Position numbers and translations under genes: made by a program. Of a stretch of 64,000 nt of DNA, positions 18,369 to 28,168 are shown piece by piece; the stretch's first letter is position 1; every line of letters starts with the position of its first letter. Under the pieces are notes generated by a model, which did not search any database, was not told the DNA's origin, and was given only the letters and a program-made list of their open reading frames with translations. The stretch comes from an uncultured Deinococcales bacterium (lineage in GTDB: Bacteria; Deinococcota; Deinococci; Deinococcales; JAAFIG01): positions 37,887 through 101,886 of the forward strand of contig CAXTTL010000001.1 of assembly GCA_964247135.1 (NCBI GenBank), read 5' to 3'.

Positions 18369-20534
18369 TCAAGTTGAGGGCTTTTCAGAATTGGCTCGAG
18401 ATTCGAGCCACCGGATGACACTATACCCAATCAGGACTTGGGTTCTGACACCAAGGTCAAAGCGCCCGCCGTAAACCGTTTCGTCTGGCATCTCGGTGAT
18501 GACGGTGATCGTGCCGCATTCTTCGGGTTGTCCTGGCAAACCTCGAGCCGAGGATCGTGCCTCGCGCTCCCAAAACTGAAACGGCAGTCCATCGATCAGC
18601 TCGAAAGGGTCTTTGAGCACGTGCGGGGCGCGTTGACGCAGTGCCTCGCGTGTCCGCTCAAAGATTTCAGCGTCCGAGGCGAGGTCAGCCGCAATGACTG
18701 CCGCGAGTTCTCGAGCCAAGGTTTTTTGGCTGGCATCGTGAACCACAATCACCATCGCGCCCATCGGCAGCGCCCAGAGTTCAAAACCTCGAGGGGCATA
18801 ACCGGTATAGGGGCGGGTCCATTCGTGGGCTGGGTAGCCGTGAAGGTTGAGATGCACGTGTGGACGGGTTTGAGCCAGCACCAACCCGAGTGCCGCGCCC
18901 TCATGCTGCTGGCTGGCTTCCACGTCCACGCCAAGCGCGGTGTAGCGGGCTGGGTGGTGCATGTGCTCGGGGTGAAGCTGTCTGAGCGCACGGTAAAGCC
19001 GCAGACCGTCAGGGTTTTTGAGCGGCACACCGACCAGATTGATCGACTTGTTCGACAACCAACCCTCGAGCAACTCGAGCGCTGCTTTTGGACCCGTGGG
19101 TTCGTTCGCGTGTTGCCCAGCGGTCAAGAGGAGCGTCGGAAGTTGTGGGTCAAGGCGAGTACCGATCATCGGAATGGGGCGACCCTCGAGGCTGTAACCG
19201 AGAACCTGAATCAAAGCATCTGGAACTTGACCGAGGCGCTGGATTTCTTGCCAGATGTCTCGTGCCGAGAGCGGACCGTTGGGCAGTGAAGCTTTGGGTT
19301 TAAAACCATCAATCAAGCTCTTGAAATGTTGTTGCGGGTTTTGGGTCAGCCTGCTCGAGTCGCTGGCATGGATTCCAGCGCTCTGTATAATCTGCTCCGC
19401 AGGCACAAGTTTTACCGTTCCTTGAGCGCTTTTGACGCCAAGTGAACCCTCTCCAAGCAAGGTCAGGGTGACTCGAGCCTGCCCATCTTGACCGAGGTGT
19501 TCGCTGAAGATGGGTACGATTTTGCCGACCTTTAAACCCCGTCCGCCAGCCGGTGCGCCAACGTGACGCTGGAACGCCTCGAGGCTGCTGAAATAAACCT
19601 CTTCAGCGAGCGCCTCGAGCATTGAGACACGTTCGGGTTCGATGCTCAGCGCAAGATCGGGTTCGGAGAGCTTGCCCGTGACGGTCAAACACTGAAAAAA
19701 CGGTCCCGTTTTGGGGCTGAGCGCCAAAATTTGCGGCAACACCTCGCGTTCGTACCAAGTCCAGAAGCGTTCGCCATCGGTTGGAATTTGACGCGTCCAG
19801 TGTTTGGAGTCGCTGCGCACCTCGAGCCAACCCGTGGGTGAAAGCACCGTCTCATTTTCCAGTGTTCGTGTCGATTGAGGGGCGAGACAAGTGCCGTCCC
19901 ACAGTTGACTGTCTCCCGCAAAGGCGGTGGCTTGATAGCACACTTGGGTGCTTTGGGTGGCGATCATCTCGAGGCTGATTCCGTTTCGTTCACACAGGCT
20001 CGAGGCTGGATACAATTCCTGTAGAAAACGTCCCGCCGAGGCGTTGGGGACAACTGGATACTGCACATGCAAGCGATCCGCTCCAAGTTGGCGCAATCTT
20101 GGCAGCACCTCCTCGAGCAACCAGAACAGCGCGGGTTTGTAGCTGCTGCGAATTGTCACTCGAGCCTGTACCCCTTTGCGCCGCAAGCGTGCTTGGGCTT
20201 CAAGCGCGAACTGTCGTCGGACTTCGGGCGGCTCGGAGAGGTAACCGAGCACCTGCACTGACTTTGCTGCGCCCAAACGGATGTCACCCAGTGCCTTCAG
20301 CCAAACCTTGCCCTCCCAAGGAAAAGTGGCGCTCCAGACATGACGTGTACCTCGAGCGGTGTTGCGGATGTTCAAGCCCGTCATCTTTCGTGCCGCATGG
20401 GGTGGAAACGGCATCAGCAGTTCGACGCTCGAGGCATCGGCAATTGCCATGACCGCCGCCAAGCGGTCCCAGGGGTTTTCGGCATTTGGCAGCGCTTGAC
20501 TCGAGCCGTCTTGTTGCGTGTCCTTAGCTTGCAT
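18369..20534 (-). CDS. M14-like zinc carboxypeptidase domain protein with ~480-aa N-terminal region of unknown function
   Basis: The C-terminal third contains HxxE (LLLTAGQHANEPTG), NPDG and a distal His (HVHLNLHGYPAHEW), as in M14/AstE-AspA-type zinc hydrolases. I recognised nothing in the N-terminal part. I preferred the start MQAKDTQQ at 20534 over track start 20672. It is the last gene of an SBP-permease-permease operon. Confidence 0.6.
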   Translation of the reverse strand: MQAKDTQQDGSSQALPNAENPWDRLAAVMAIADASSVELLMPFPPHAARKMTGLNIRNTARGTRHVWSATFPWEGKVWLKALGDIRLGAAKSVQVLGYLSEPPEVRRQFALEAQARLRRKGVQARVTIRSSYKPALFWLLEEVLPRLRQLGADRLHVQYPVVPNASAGRFLQELYPASSLCERNGISLEMIATQSTQVCYQATAFAGDSQLWDGTCLAPQSTRTLENETVLSPTGWLEVRSDSKHWTRQIPTDGERFWTWYEREVLPQILALSPKTGPFFQCLTVTGKLSEPDLALSIEPERVSMLEALAEEVYFSSLEAFQRHVGAPAGGRGLKVGKIVPIFSEHLGQDGQARVTLTLLGEGSLGVKSAQGTVKLVPAEQIIQSAGIHASDSSRLTQNPQQHFKSLIDGFKPKASLPNGPLSARDIWQEIQRLGQVPDALIQVLGYSLEGRPIPMIGTRLDPQLPTLLLTAGQHANEPTGPKAALELLEGWLSNKSINLVGVPLKNPDGLRLYRALRQLHPEHMHHPARYTALGVDVEASQQHEGAALGLVLAQTRPHVHLNLHGYPAHEWTRPYTGYAPRGFELWALPMGAMVIVVHDASQKTLARELAAVIAADLASDAEIFERTREALRQRAPHVLKDPFELIDGLPFQFWEREARSSARGLPGQPEECGTITVITEMPDETVYGGRFDLGVRTQVLIGYSVIRWLESRANSEKPST

Positions 20535-21408
20535 TGCTGCGCCCTCGATCCAGCGGATCAAGGCGATCCCGCAGCCAGTCTCCGAGCAAGTTGAAACCGA
20601 GCACCGTGACCGTGATCGCCAGCCCTGGAAAGGTGGCAACCCACCAGGCGGTCTGCATGTAATTGCGTCCATCGGCGAGCATGCCGCCCCATGAGGGAAT
20701 CAGTGGGTCAATCCCAAGTCCCAAAAAAGTCAGACCAGACTCGAGCAGGATGTTGTTGGCAACGTTGAGCGTGGCAAGCACAATCACGGGTCCGATCAGG
20801 TTGGGCAGCAAATGGCGCAAGATGATGCGGGCATCGGAGGCACCGAGCGCTCGAGTGCCTTGCACCGCGTCGCCTTCGCGCAAGGTTAGCACCTGTGAGC
20901 GCACCATTCGGGCATACTGCACCCACTGGGTGAGCGCCATGACAAAGATCAACTTCCACAAGCCTGGTCCAATCACGGCGATCACGGTGATTGCCAACAG
21001 AATAAATGGAAATGAAAGTTGCACGTCCGCGATTCGCATCAGCACCATGTCGAGCAAGCCACGGTAAAATCCCGCCAGCAAGCCAATCCCGACCCCGACG
21101 ATCAAAGAGAGGGCAACCGAGACAAAACCAACGGTCAGTGAAATTCGCCCACCGTGGGGAATTCGGGTCAGGATGTCACGCCCGATGGCATCGGTCCCAA
21201 ACAGATGCCCCTCCAAACTGGGTGGCTTGAGGCGATTGGCAAGGTTCATGCTTTCCGAACCGAGCGGTGCAAAAACCGGAGCGAGCAATGCCGAAAACAC
21301 CGAGACGCCCAGCAGCACCAGACCGAGCACCAGGTCAAAATTCAAAGTGCGTTTGACTCGAGGAAGTGGTTGTGATGCGCTCATGTTGAACACCTCATTG
21401 CGCTTCAT
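20524..21408 (-). CDS. ABC transporter permease (DppC-like)
   Basis: 294 aa. The sequence contains LFGTDAIGRDILTRIPHGGRISL and NILLESGLTFLGLGIDPLIPSWG. Its start overlaps the upstream permease stop. Confidence 0.9.
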   Translation of the reverse strand: MKRNEVFNMSASQPLPRVKRTLNFDLVLGLVLLGVSVFSALLAPVFAPLGSESMNLANRLKPPSLEGHLFGTDAIGRDILTRIPHGGRISLTVGFVSVALSLIVGVGIGLLAGFYRGLLDMVLMRIADVQLSFPFILLAITVIAVIGPGLWKLIFVMALTQWVQYARMVRSQVLTLREGDAVQGTRALGASDARIILRHLLPNLIGPVIVLATLNVANNILLESGLTFLGLGIDPLIPSWGGMLADGRNYMQTAWWVATFPGLAITVTVLGFNLLGDWLRDRLDPLDRGRSNAS

Positions 21409-22328
21409 GTGACACTGATGCGCGGGTCAATCAAGCCGTAAGACAGGTCGATCACCAGGTTGACCACCACCACCACCAATGCCAGCACCGCCACCGTGCC
21501 CTGCAAGACGGGATAATCGCGTTGGCTGATGGCGTTCAGCGCCAGCGATCCCAGACCGGGCCAAGCAAACACCTGCTCGATGATGACCACACCGCCGATC
21601 AAGCCGCCAAACTGCAAACCAATAAACGTGACCGCCGGAATCGCCGCGTTGCGAAGCGCGTGCTTGTAGAGCACCACCCGCTCGAGCAAGCCTTTGGAAC
21701 GTGCCACGGTGATGAACTGACTCGAGAGCACCTCGAGCAAGGCGGCACGCAACAACCTGACGTTGGTGGCGGTCAGGATCAGTCCCAAGGTCACGGCGGG
21801 CATGATTATTGAGCGCCAACCCTCAAAGCCAGAAGGCGGCAACCAGCGCAGGTTGACTCCAAAGATCAAGATCAGCATGATGGCAAGCCAAAAGTTCGGG
21901 AACGAAAGCCCAATCAGTGAAAGCAAACGCACCAGGCGATCAACCCAGCGTCCTTTGCGAACCGCAGAACTGATCGCCAGCGGCACTGAAACCACAATCG
22001 AGAAGAGCAGGCTCGAGGCGGCAAGAATCAGTGTTCCTGGAACTTTTTCGTTGATCAACTCGCTGACCGGCTGGTCGTTGCGAAAACTCTTGCCGAGGTT
22101 GCCGGTCAACAAGCCACCGACAAACTCGAGGTACTGCACCAAAAAAGGACGATCCACGCCGAGGGCTTTGCGAATCCGCTCGAGGTCGGTCTTGTTGGGG
22201 GCGCTCGCGCCCTGGAAAAGGGCTACCACCGGATCGCCCGAGAGTCGAACGGCAAACGCCACCAGCAGCGTGACCACCAGCATCACAAAGACCGCTTGTC
22301 CGAGTCGGAAGACTGTGTAACGCAGCAC
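21405..22328 (-). CDS. ABC transporter permease (DppB-like)
   Basis: The track ORF runs to 22355 (TTG). I preferred the GTG at 22328, which gives MLRYTVFRLGQAVFVMLVV and has a GAGGGGG RBS. The EAA-type region reads FITVARSKGLLERVVLYKHALRNA. Confidence 0.85.
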   Translation of the reverse strand: MLRYTVFRLGQAVFVMLVVTLLVAFAVRLSGDPVVALFQGASAPNKTDLERIRKALGVDRPFLVQYLEFVGGLLTGNLGKSFRNDQPVSELINEKVPGTLILAASSLLFSIVVSVPLAISSAVRKGRWVDRLVRLLSLIGLSFPNFWLAIMLILIFGVNLRWLPPSGFEGWRSIIMPAVTLGLILTATNVRLLRAALLEVLSSQFITVARSKGLLERVVLYKHALRNAAIPAVTFIGLQFGGLIGGVVIIEQVFAWPGLGSLALNAISQRDYPVLQGTVAVLALVVVVVNLVIDLSYGLIDPRISVT

Positions 22329-22363
22329 GAAACCCCCTCGAGCAGGATTTTTCAAATAACAAA

Positions 22364-23887
22364 TTATTTAACGGCAACACTCAGCAGACGGTTGCGGTCA
22401 TCGGGTGGCACGACCCAACCCGAGACGCGTTTGTTCATGCCCCACAGGTTGACCCCTTGATAAAGCGGCATCTCGATGGCGACGTCTTGCAGGTAACGGG
22501 CGAGTTCCTGCATCGATTTTTGACGGGCTTTTTGATTGTAGGTGCCGCGCTCCTGCTCGAGCAGCGACTCGACTTTGGGGTCAGAAAACACGGGGTTCCA
22601 GTACTCGCCTTTGTGATAGAGCAGGTAAGCGGTGTTATCAAAATCGAGCGTCCAACCGCCCCAGCCAAAGTTGTACATGTGACCAGTCTTGTTTTTGGGG
22701 ATGATGTCACTGAAATAGGTGTTCTGCTCGAAGGTCTTGAGCGAAACTTTCAGTCCGATTGCTTGCAGGTATCCAGCAATGCCCTGGGCAACCTCGCGGA
22801 ACTGCACGTCGCTGTCGGCAAAGTCAATTTCAAGCTCGGTTCCGGCGGGTACTTTGGCATCGCTAAGCAGCGCCTTTGCTTTTTCTGGATCGTAAGGCAG
22901 CGGTTTGAGTTTGGGGTCAAAACCCCAAGAAATTTCGCCCTGGAAGCTGGCAATCGGTTTGCCATAGCCCTGCAAAATGGTCTTGATGATCGTGTCGCGG
23001 TCAACCGCGTAGATCATTGCCTTGCGAACCCGAACGTCATCCATTGGCTTCAAGGAGGTGTTAAAGCGCAACTCGGTGACGGTGGTGGTTCCAACGGGGA
23101 CAAGTTGCGCGTCATTGATTCCCTTAACGACGCTCGCCAAACTGACTGGCACGCCCTGAACGATGTCCACGCGCCCAGCTTGGAGTTCCGCCACGCGGGT
23201 GGCAGCCTCGGGAATAAAACGGTAGGTCACGGTCTTGACCTTTGGAGCACCCTTCCAGTATCCAGGGAATGCCTCGAGCGTCAAATGATCGTCTTTGACA
23301 TATTCGGTCGGGCGAAATGGACCGGTGCCGACGGGCAGGTTGTTGAATTTTTCGTCGCCAACCTCAGCATAATATTGGGGTGCAATGATCTTGGCGCCGT
23401 AACCGGCGAGCTTGGTGATGATCACCGGATCGGGGCGATCCATGATGAAATCCACCAAGTATTTGTTGATGATTTTGACCTCTTTGATTGCCGTATAATT
23501 GGCTTGCTGTGGACCTTTGGCACCTTCGGGTCCGAGCAGTCGGTCAAAGGTAAATTTGACCGCGCTGGCATCAAAGTCCTCGCCGTTTTGGAATTTCACG
23601 CCTTTGCGCAAGCCAAAACGGATTACCGAATTGTTTTTCAAAAACGTCCAGCGCTCAGCCAGACCTGGTTTGATTTTCAGGTCTGGTCCACGGTCCACCA
23701 GTCCGTCAAAAATGTTTGAGCCGACCATGCCCCACGAGAGCAGGAAGGTGTCAATCGGGTCCCATGAGTGTGGGTCTTGGGTTTGCGCGATCACGAGCTT
23801 GCCTGTCGGTCCTGGACCTTGACTCAATGCCACGCCCAAACCGAGCGTGACAGCCAACACGGAAAACAACTTGATACGAAATGTCAT
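22364..23887 (-). CDS. ABC transporter substrate-binding protein, family 5
   Basis: The start is at 23887 (MTFRIKLFSVLAVTLGLGVALSQG signal peptide, GGGGAGG RBS). Family-5 SBP blocks are present (WDPIDTFLLSWGMVGSNIFDGLV, FQNGEDFDASAVKFTFDR). Confidence 0.9.
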   Translation of the reverse strand: MTFRIKLFSVLAVTLGLGVALSQGPGPTGKLVIAQTQDPHSWDPIDTFLLSWGMVGSNIFDGLVDRGPDLKIKPGLAERWTFLKNNSVIRFGLRKGVKFQNGEDFDASAVKFTFDRLLGPEGAKGPQQANYTAIKEVKIINKYLVDFIMDRPDPVIITKLAGYGAKIIAPQYYAEVGDEKFNNLPVGTGPFRPTEYVKDDHLTLEAFPGYWKGAPKVKTVTYRFIPEAATRVAELQAGRVDIVQGVPVSLASVVKGINDAQLVPVGTTTVTELRFNTSLKPMDDVRVRKAMIYAVDRDTIIKTILQGYGKPIASFQGEISWGFDPKLKPLPYDPEKAKALLSDAKVPAGTELEIDFADSDVQFREVAQGIAGYLQAIGLKVSLKTFEQNTYFSDIIPKNKTGHMYNFGWGGWTLDFDNTAYLLYHKGEYWNPVFSDPKVESLLEQERGTYNQKARQKSMQELARYLQDVAIEMPLYQGVNLWGMNKRVSGWVVPPDDRNRLLSVAVK

Positions 23888-23956
23888 ATCGTGACCTCCC
23901 CATGTCAAAGCGATTGAGAGCATTGCGGACTGCCGCCTTGCGAATGCACCAAACCC

Positions 23957-24448
23957 CTATACCACGACCTCCTTTGCTGGCTCGCGCCTGAGCCACGCCT
24001 GCCAGTCCCAGGTGTTTTTCAAAATTTTGACGACCTGAATCGTTTCGCAGCTCGAGACTCCAGGAACGTCTGGCAGCGTGTGGGAGATAAAGCGGTACAA
24101 CTCGTCGATTGAGGAATGCAGGCTTTCGACCACGATGTCGGCTGGACCCATCGCCAAGCCAACAAAACGCACCGCCTCGAGGGTGGCGATTGATTTGGCG
24201 GCACCCTCGGCGGCTCGAGGCACGGTTTTGACCAGGGTGATGGCATCCACTTTGATACCAAATCCGGCAGGGTCGCCGGTCGCCAGCACTTGCAGAAAAC
24301 CGTTTTTGACCATCGCGTTGTAGCGCCGCCGAATCGTGCCTTCAGAGACACTTAGACGGCGAGCCATCTCGCGGAAAGCCATGCGACCGTCTTCTTGTAA
24401 AAGGGTCACGATTTGGTGATCGAGGGGGTCAAGGTCTGCGTAATTCAT
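23957..24448 (-). CDS. Lrp/AsnC family transcriptional regulator
   Basis: LDHQIVTLLQEDGRMAFREMARRLSVSEGTIRRRYNAMVKNG forms the HTH_AsnC-type region, and a C-terminal ligand-domain-like region follows. I preferred the start MNYADLDPLD (24448). Confidence 0.8.
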   Translation of the reverse strand: MNYADLDPLDHQIVTLLQEDGRMAFREMARRLSVSEGTIRRRYNAMVKNGFLQVLATGDPAGFGIKVDAITLVKTVPRAAEGAAKSIATLEAVRFVGLAMGPADIVVESLHSSIDELYRFISHTLPDVPGVSSCETIQVVKILKNTWDWQAWLRREPAKEVVV

Positions 24449-24752
24449 GATTGTTTTTTTGACGCATTGCGTAAGATAATTGAACAGTAGCATACAAATG
24501 CGGCGATTGACAAGCATTCATCCACGTGTTACTCTCCTTTCACTAAACGAAGTTCCACCGTTCGGTGTAGCCTCGAGTGAAGCAGTTGTCAAAACCAAAA
24601 ACCAAGCCACTGTCAGCAGATGACGAAGTTCTCGAGTATTGATCTCCCCTGGGAGAGCGTGCGCGGGAATTTAAGCGATTTTTACCAATCTTGATCGTTT
24701 TCAGTGCCAGCAGCAATCACCGTCTTCAGCGCAGTATTGGGAGGTCACACCA

Positions 24753-25622
24753 ATGCCCGTCGTGCAACTGAACGGAACAGCTATTTTTTACCTTCGCCGT
24801 GGTCATGGACTGCCCTGCCTGGTCATGCACGGTGGACTGGGTTGCGACCACACGTACATGCACCCCTGGATGGATGCGCTGGGCGACACCTTCGAGCTGA
24901 TCTATTTTGACCACCGAGGCAACGGGCGCTCGGGTCGCCCAACCCTCGAGACGCTCAACTTTGAACAATTTGCCGCCGATGCGGACGCGCTCCGTGCCCA
25001 TCTGGGGTTTGAGCAGGTTGCTGTGCTGGGCAGTTCTTACGGCGGTTTTATTGCCCAAGAATACGCCATCCGCTATCCAAACCGTGTGTCTCACGCTTTT
25101 TTGATGGACACCGCGCCGGTTTTTGATTATGCCAATGAGGTCAAAATGCACGCCACCCGCAAAGGCGCAACGCCAGAGATGCTCGAGATTTTGGATTCAC
25201 TCGAACCAAAGTCAGATGAAGACTTTGCCAAGATGATGGATAAGCTGGGACCGTTGTACTACTACAACTTTGACCCTGAGCTGGCGGCTCGAGCGATGGG
25301 TGCGACGATTTACTGCGCGTCTGCCGCCAAACGCGGTTTTGAGCTGCTCAAGGGTTGGGACACGCGTTCACGCTTGGCGCAAATTTCCGCGCCGACGCTG
25401 GTGCTGGTTGGGCGCGACGATTACATCACCCCGCCGAACAAATCAGCCGATATCCAGGCAAGGATTCCAGGCGCGGAACTGAAAATTTTCGAGCGCTCGG
25501 GTCACATGCCCCACCTCGAGGAACCCGAAGCGTTTTTTGCCACCATCCGCGATTTTGTTCGGCGGACAAAGACGGCAAATCAGCAGCAAAATACCCGAGG
25601 AGGTGAGCCAACCAGAGCGTGA
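24753..25622 (+). CDS. Alpha/beta hydrolase (proline iminopeptidase-like)
   Basis: 289 aa. The sequence has HGGLGCDH, the nucleophile elbow GSSYGG and a C-terminal SGHMPHLEEPE. The RBS is GGGAGG. It is the first gene of the third family-5 ABC locus. Confidence 0.8.
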   Translation: MPVVQLNGTAIFYLRRGHGLPCLVMHGGLGCDHTYMHPWMDALGDTFELIYFDHRGNGRSGRPTLETLNFEQFAADADALRAHLGFEQVAVLGSSYGGFIAQEYAIRYPNRVSHAFLMDTAPVFDYANEVKMHATRKGATPEMLEILDSLEPKSDEDFAKMMDKLGPLYYYNFDPELAARAMGATIYCASAAKRGFELLKGWDTRSRLAQISAPTLVLVGRDDYITPPNKSADIQARIPGAELKIFERSGHMPHLEEPEAFFATIRDFVRRTKTANQQQNTRGGEPTRA

Positions 25623-25665
25623 CGTTGACGGCAACGAACGGATTGTTTCTTAAAGGGGGTCAGTG

Positions 25666-27183
25666 ATGAAAACGATGGCAAAGTGGTTTGGTTGGGGTAT
25701 TGCACTGGGCACATTGGCGCTCGGCATGGTCTTGGCACAGACCAAGGGCGGCAGCTTGACCGTGGCGCAACAGGCGGATGTGGTCGGACTTGACCCGCAC
25801 ACGGTCTCGGCATACTCGAGCGCGGTGGTGGATGAGCAGATTTACGATTCGCTCCTGGCGATCACCCCCAAAGGCGATGTCACGGCGTCGATTGCCCAGA
25901 AGTGGGCGGTGTCCAAAGACGGGTTGAAATACACCTTCAACCTTCGCAAGAACGTCAAATTCAGTGACGGGAAACCCCTGACCTCCAAAGATGTCGTCTA
26001 CTCGCTCATGCGCGTCATCGACCCAAAGACTGCCAGCCCGCGCGAGAACGATCTGGGCAAGGTCAAGTCCATCACGGCACCCGATACGTACACCGTTGTC
26101 ATCAGCCTCGAGCAAACCTTTGCGCCGTTTTTAACCAAAATCGGCGGCACCCTGATGGGGATCATGCCCGATGGTTACGCCGAAAAGAACGACCCGAACA
26201 AAGTCCCGCTCGGCTCTGGTCCGTTCATGTTTGTCAGTTGGACGCCAGACGACAACGTGACCCTCAAACGCAACCCCTATTACTGGGAGGCGGGCAAGCC
26301 CTACCTCGATACCTTGATCTTCAAACCGCTCAAAGACGACACGGCACGCATCACCAACGTCGAGACGGGCAATGTTGATTTGATCATGAGCGTCCCACAA
26401 AACGAGGTTGACCGCCTCGAGACTTCAAGCACCGTAAAGCTCTCGGGTGGACCTGGCACCTGGTACGACTACCTTGGACTGAATCAATCAAAAGCGCCGT
26501 TCAACAACATCAAGGTTCGCCAAGCCTTGTCTTATGCGGTCAACCGCGATCAGATTGTCAAAACCGCCATTTTTGGCAAGGGCACGGTCATCAACTGCGG
26601 TCCGATCCCACCCAAGAGCTGGGCGTTTGCCTCCTGCAAAGAACAGATCACCAACCTCGAGAAAGCCAAAAAACTGCTCGCCGAGGCGGGCTTGGCTGGC
26701 GGTTTCAAAATGACCATCAAGGTTGGCGCAGATTACAAGTCGCAGGTCAACATCGCCCAGGTCATTCAAGCCCAACTCAAACCGCTCAAGATTGACATCA
26801 CGGTCGCCCCGATGGAGTGGGGTGCATTCCTGGATGATGTCGTGACCAAAGGAAATTTTGATGCCGTGATCCTGGGTTGGATTGGCGCGGTTGACCCAGA
26901 TGACTTTTTGTATTATCAGTTCCGCACGGGTGAAAAATTCAATTTCTACAAGTTCTCGGACAAAGAGGTCGACAGCCTGCTCGACCAGGCACGCACCTCG
27001 GTGGATCGCGGCACAAGGCAAGTGCTTTACCGCAAGGTGCAACGCCTGCTCGCCGAGAAAGCCGCCTATGTTTTCTTGCACATCAACGAGCAATACGAGG
27101 CGTTCGGACCCCAGGTGCAAGGCTATGTTCACTATGCAACCGGTTCGATGGAATCTTTGAAGGATGTCTGGCTAAAGAACTGA
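25666..27183 (+). CDS. ABC transporter substrate-binding protein, family 5
   Basis: The signal peptide is MKTMAKWFGWGIALGTLALGMVLAQ and the RBS is AAGGGGG. Family-5 blocks are present (GLDPHTVSAYSSAVVDEQIYDSLL, FSDGKPLTSKDVVYSL). GTG 25663 is an alternative start. Confidence 0.9.
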   Translation: MKTMAKWFGWGIALGTLALGMVLAQTKGGSLTVAQQADVVGLDPHTVSAYSSAVVDEQIYDSLLAITPKGDVTASIAQKWAVSKDGLKYTFNLRKNVKFSDGKPLTSKDVVYSLMRVIDPKTASPRENDLGKVKSITAPDTYTVVISLEQTFAPFLTKIGGTLMGIMPDGYAEKNDPNKVPLGSGPFMFVSWTPDDNVTLKRNPYYWEAGKPYLDTLIFKPLKDDTARITNVETGNVDLIMSVPQNEVDRLETSSTVKLSGGPGTWYDYLGLNQSKAPFNNIKVRQALSYAVNRDQIVKTAIFGKGTVINCGPIPPKSWAFASCKEQITNLEKAKKLLAEAGLAGGFKMTIKVGADYKSQVNIAQVIQAQLKPLKIDITVAPMEWGAFLDDVVTKGNFDAVILGWIGAVDPDDFLYYQFRTGEKFNFYKFSDKEVDSLLDQARTSVDRGTRQVLYRKVQRLLAEKAAYVFLHINEQYEAFGPQVQGYVHYATGSMESLKDVWLKN

Positions 27184-27223
27184 ACAATCCATAACACTCG
27201 AGCACGATGAAGAAAGACCTGAC

Positions 27224-28168
27224 ATGCTGATCTACACCTTCAAGCGCCTGCTCGCGGTGGTTCCCATCTTGTTGGGAATCACCGCCGTGTCATACATCCT
27301 CACCCGCACCATCCCTGGCGATCTGGTGGCGGTGATGCTCGGCACCAACACCGACCCCGAAATCGCGGCACAACTGCGTCACAAGCTCAACCTCGACCGA
27401 CCGATCCTCGAGGGTTATGTGGTCTGGTTGGGTCAGTTGCTGCGCGGCAACCTCGGCGAGTCCTTGCGCTCGGGCAGACCCATCGCCGAGGACATGGGCA
27501 CCCGCTACGGGCGAACGGCGCAACTGACCCTTGCCGCCATGACATTGGCACTAATGCTTGCGATTCCGCTCGGGATTCTGGCGGCGCTGCGCCGAAACCG
27601 AACAGTTGACCAAACCATCTCGAGCATCGCGCTGTTGGGCGTTTCCACCCCCGATTTCTGGCTGGCGTTTTTGCTGATTCTGATCTTCGCCGTCTGGTTG
27701 CGCTGGCTGCCACCCGCCGGCTATGCCATGCCGCTCGAGAAACCCTGGTTGTTTTTAAGGTTACTGCTGCTGCCCGCCCTGACGCTTGGCTTTCAAGTGA
27801 CGGGCATCCTGACGCGCTTCACCCGTTCAGCCATGCTCGAGGTGCTCTCGCAAGATTTTATTCGCACGGCACGCAGCAAAGGGGTGGGGCAACGCGCCGT
27901 GATGTACAAGCACGCCTTGCGCAATGCGCTCGTGCCAATCACCACCGTGATCGGTCTGAACATTGGTTTTTTGCTGGGCGGCACGGTGATCGTCGAAACC
28001 ATTTTTGGCTGGCCCGGCGTCGGCAGCCTGGCGGTCACCGCCATCAACCAGCGCGATTATCCGGTGGTGCAAGCCACCGTGATGCTGTTTGCGTTTACTT
28101 TTGTGATCGTGAATTTAATCGTGGATGTGCTGTACGGCGTGATTGACCCAAGGATTCGCTATGGATGA
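27224..28168 (+). CDS. ABC transporter permease (DppB-like)
   Basis: 314 aa. The sequence contains MLIYTFKRLLAVVPILLGITAVSYILTRTIPGD and FIRTARSKGVGQRAVMYKHALRNA. Confidence 0.9.
   Translation: MLIYTFKRLLAVVPILLGITAVSYILTRTIPGDLVAVMLGTNTDPEIAAQLRHKLNLDRPILEGYVVWLGQLLRGNLGESLRSGRPIAEDMGTRYGRTAQLTLAAMTLALMLAIPLGILAALRRNRTVDQTISSIALLGVSTPDFWLAFLLILIFAVWLRWLPPAGYAMPLEKPWLFLRLLLLPALTLGFQVTGILTRFTRSAMLEVLSQDFIRTARSKGVGQRAVMYKHALRNALVPITTVIGLNIGFLLGGTVIVETIFGWPGVGSLAVTAINQRDYPVVQATVMLFAFTFVIVNLIVDVLYGVIDPRIRYG

Noticed and set aside
22457-23719. A 420-aa plus-strand ORF antisense to the family-5 SBP gene.
   Set aside because: The minus-strand SBP has a signal peptide, an RBS and family blocks. The antisense frame is open by chance.
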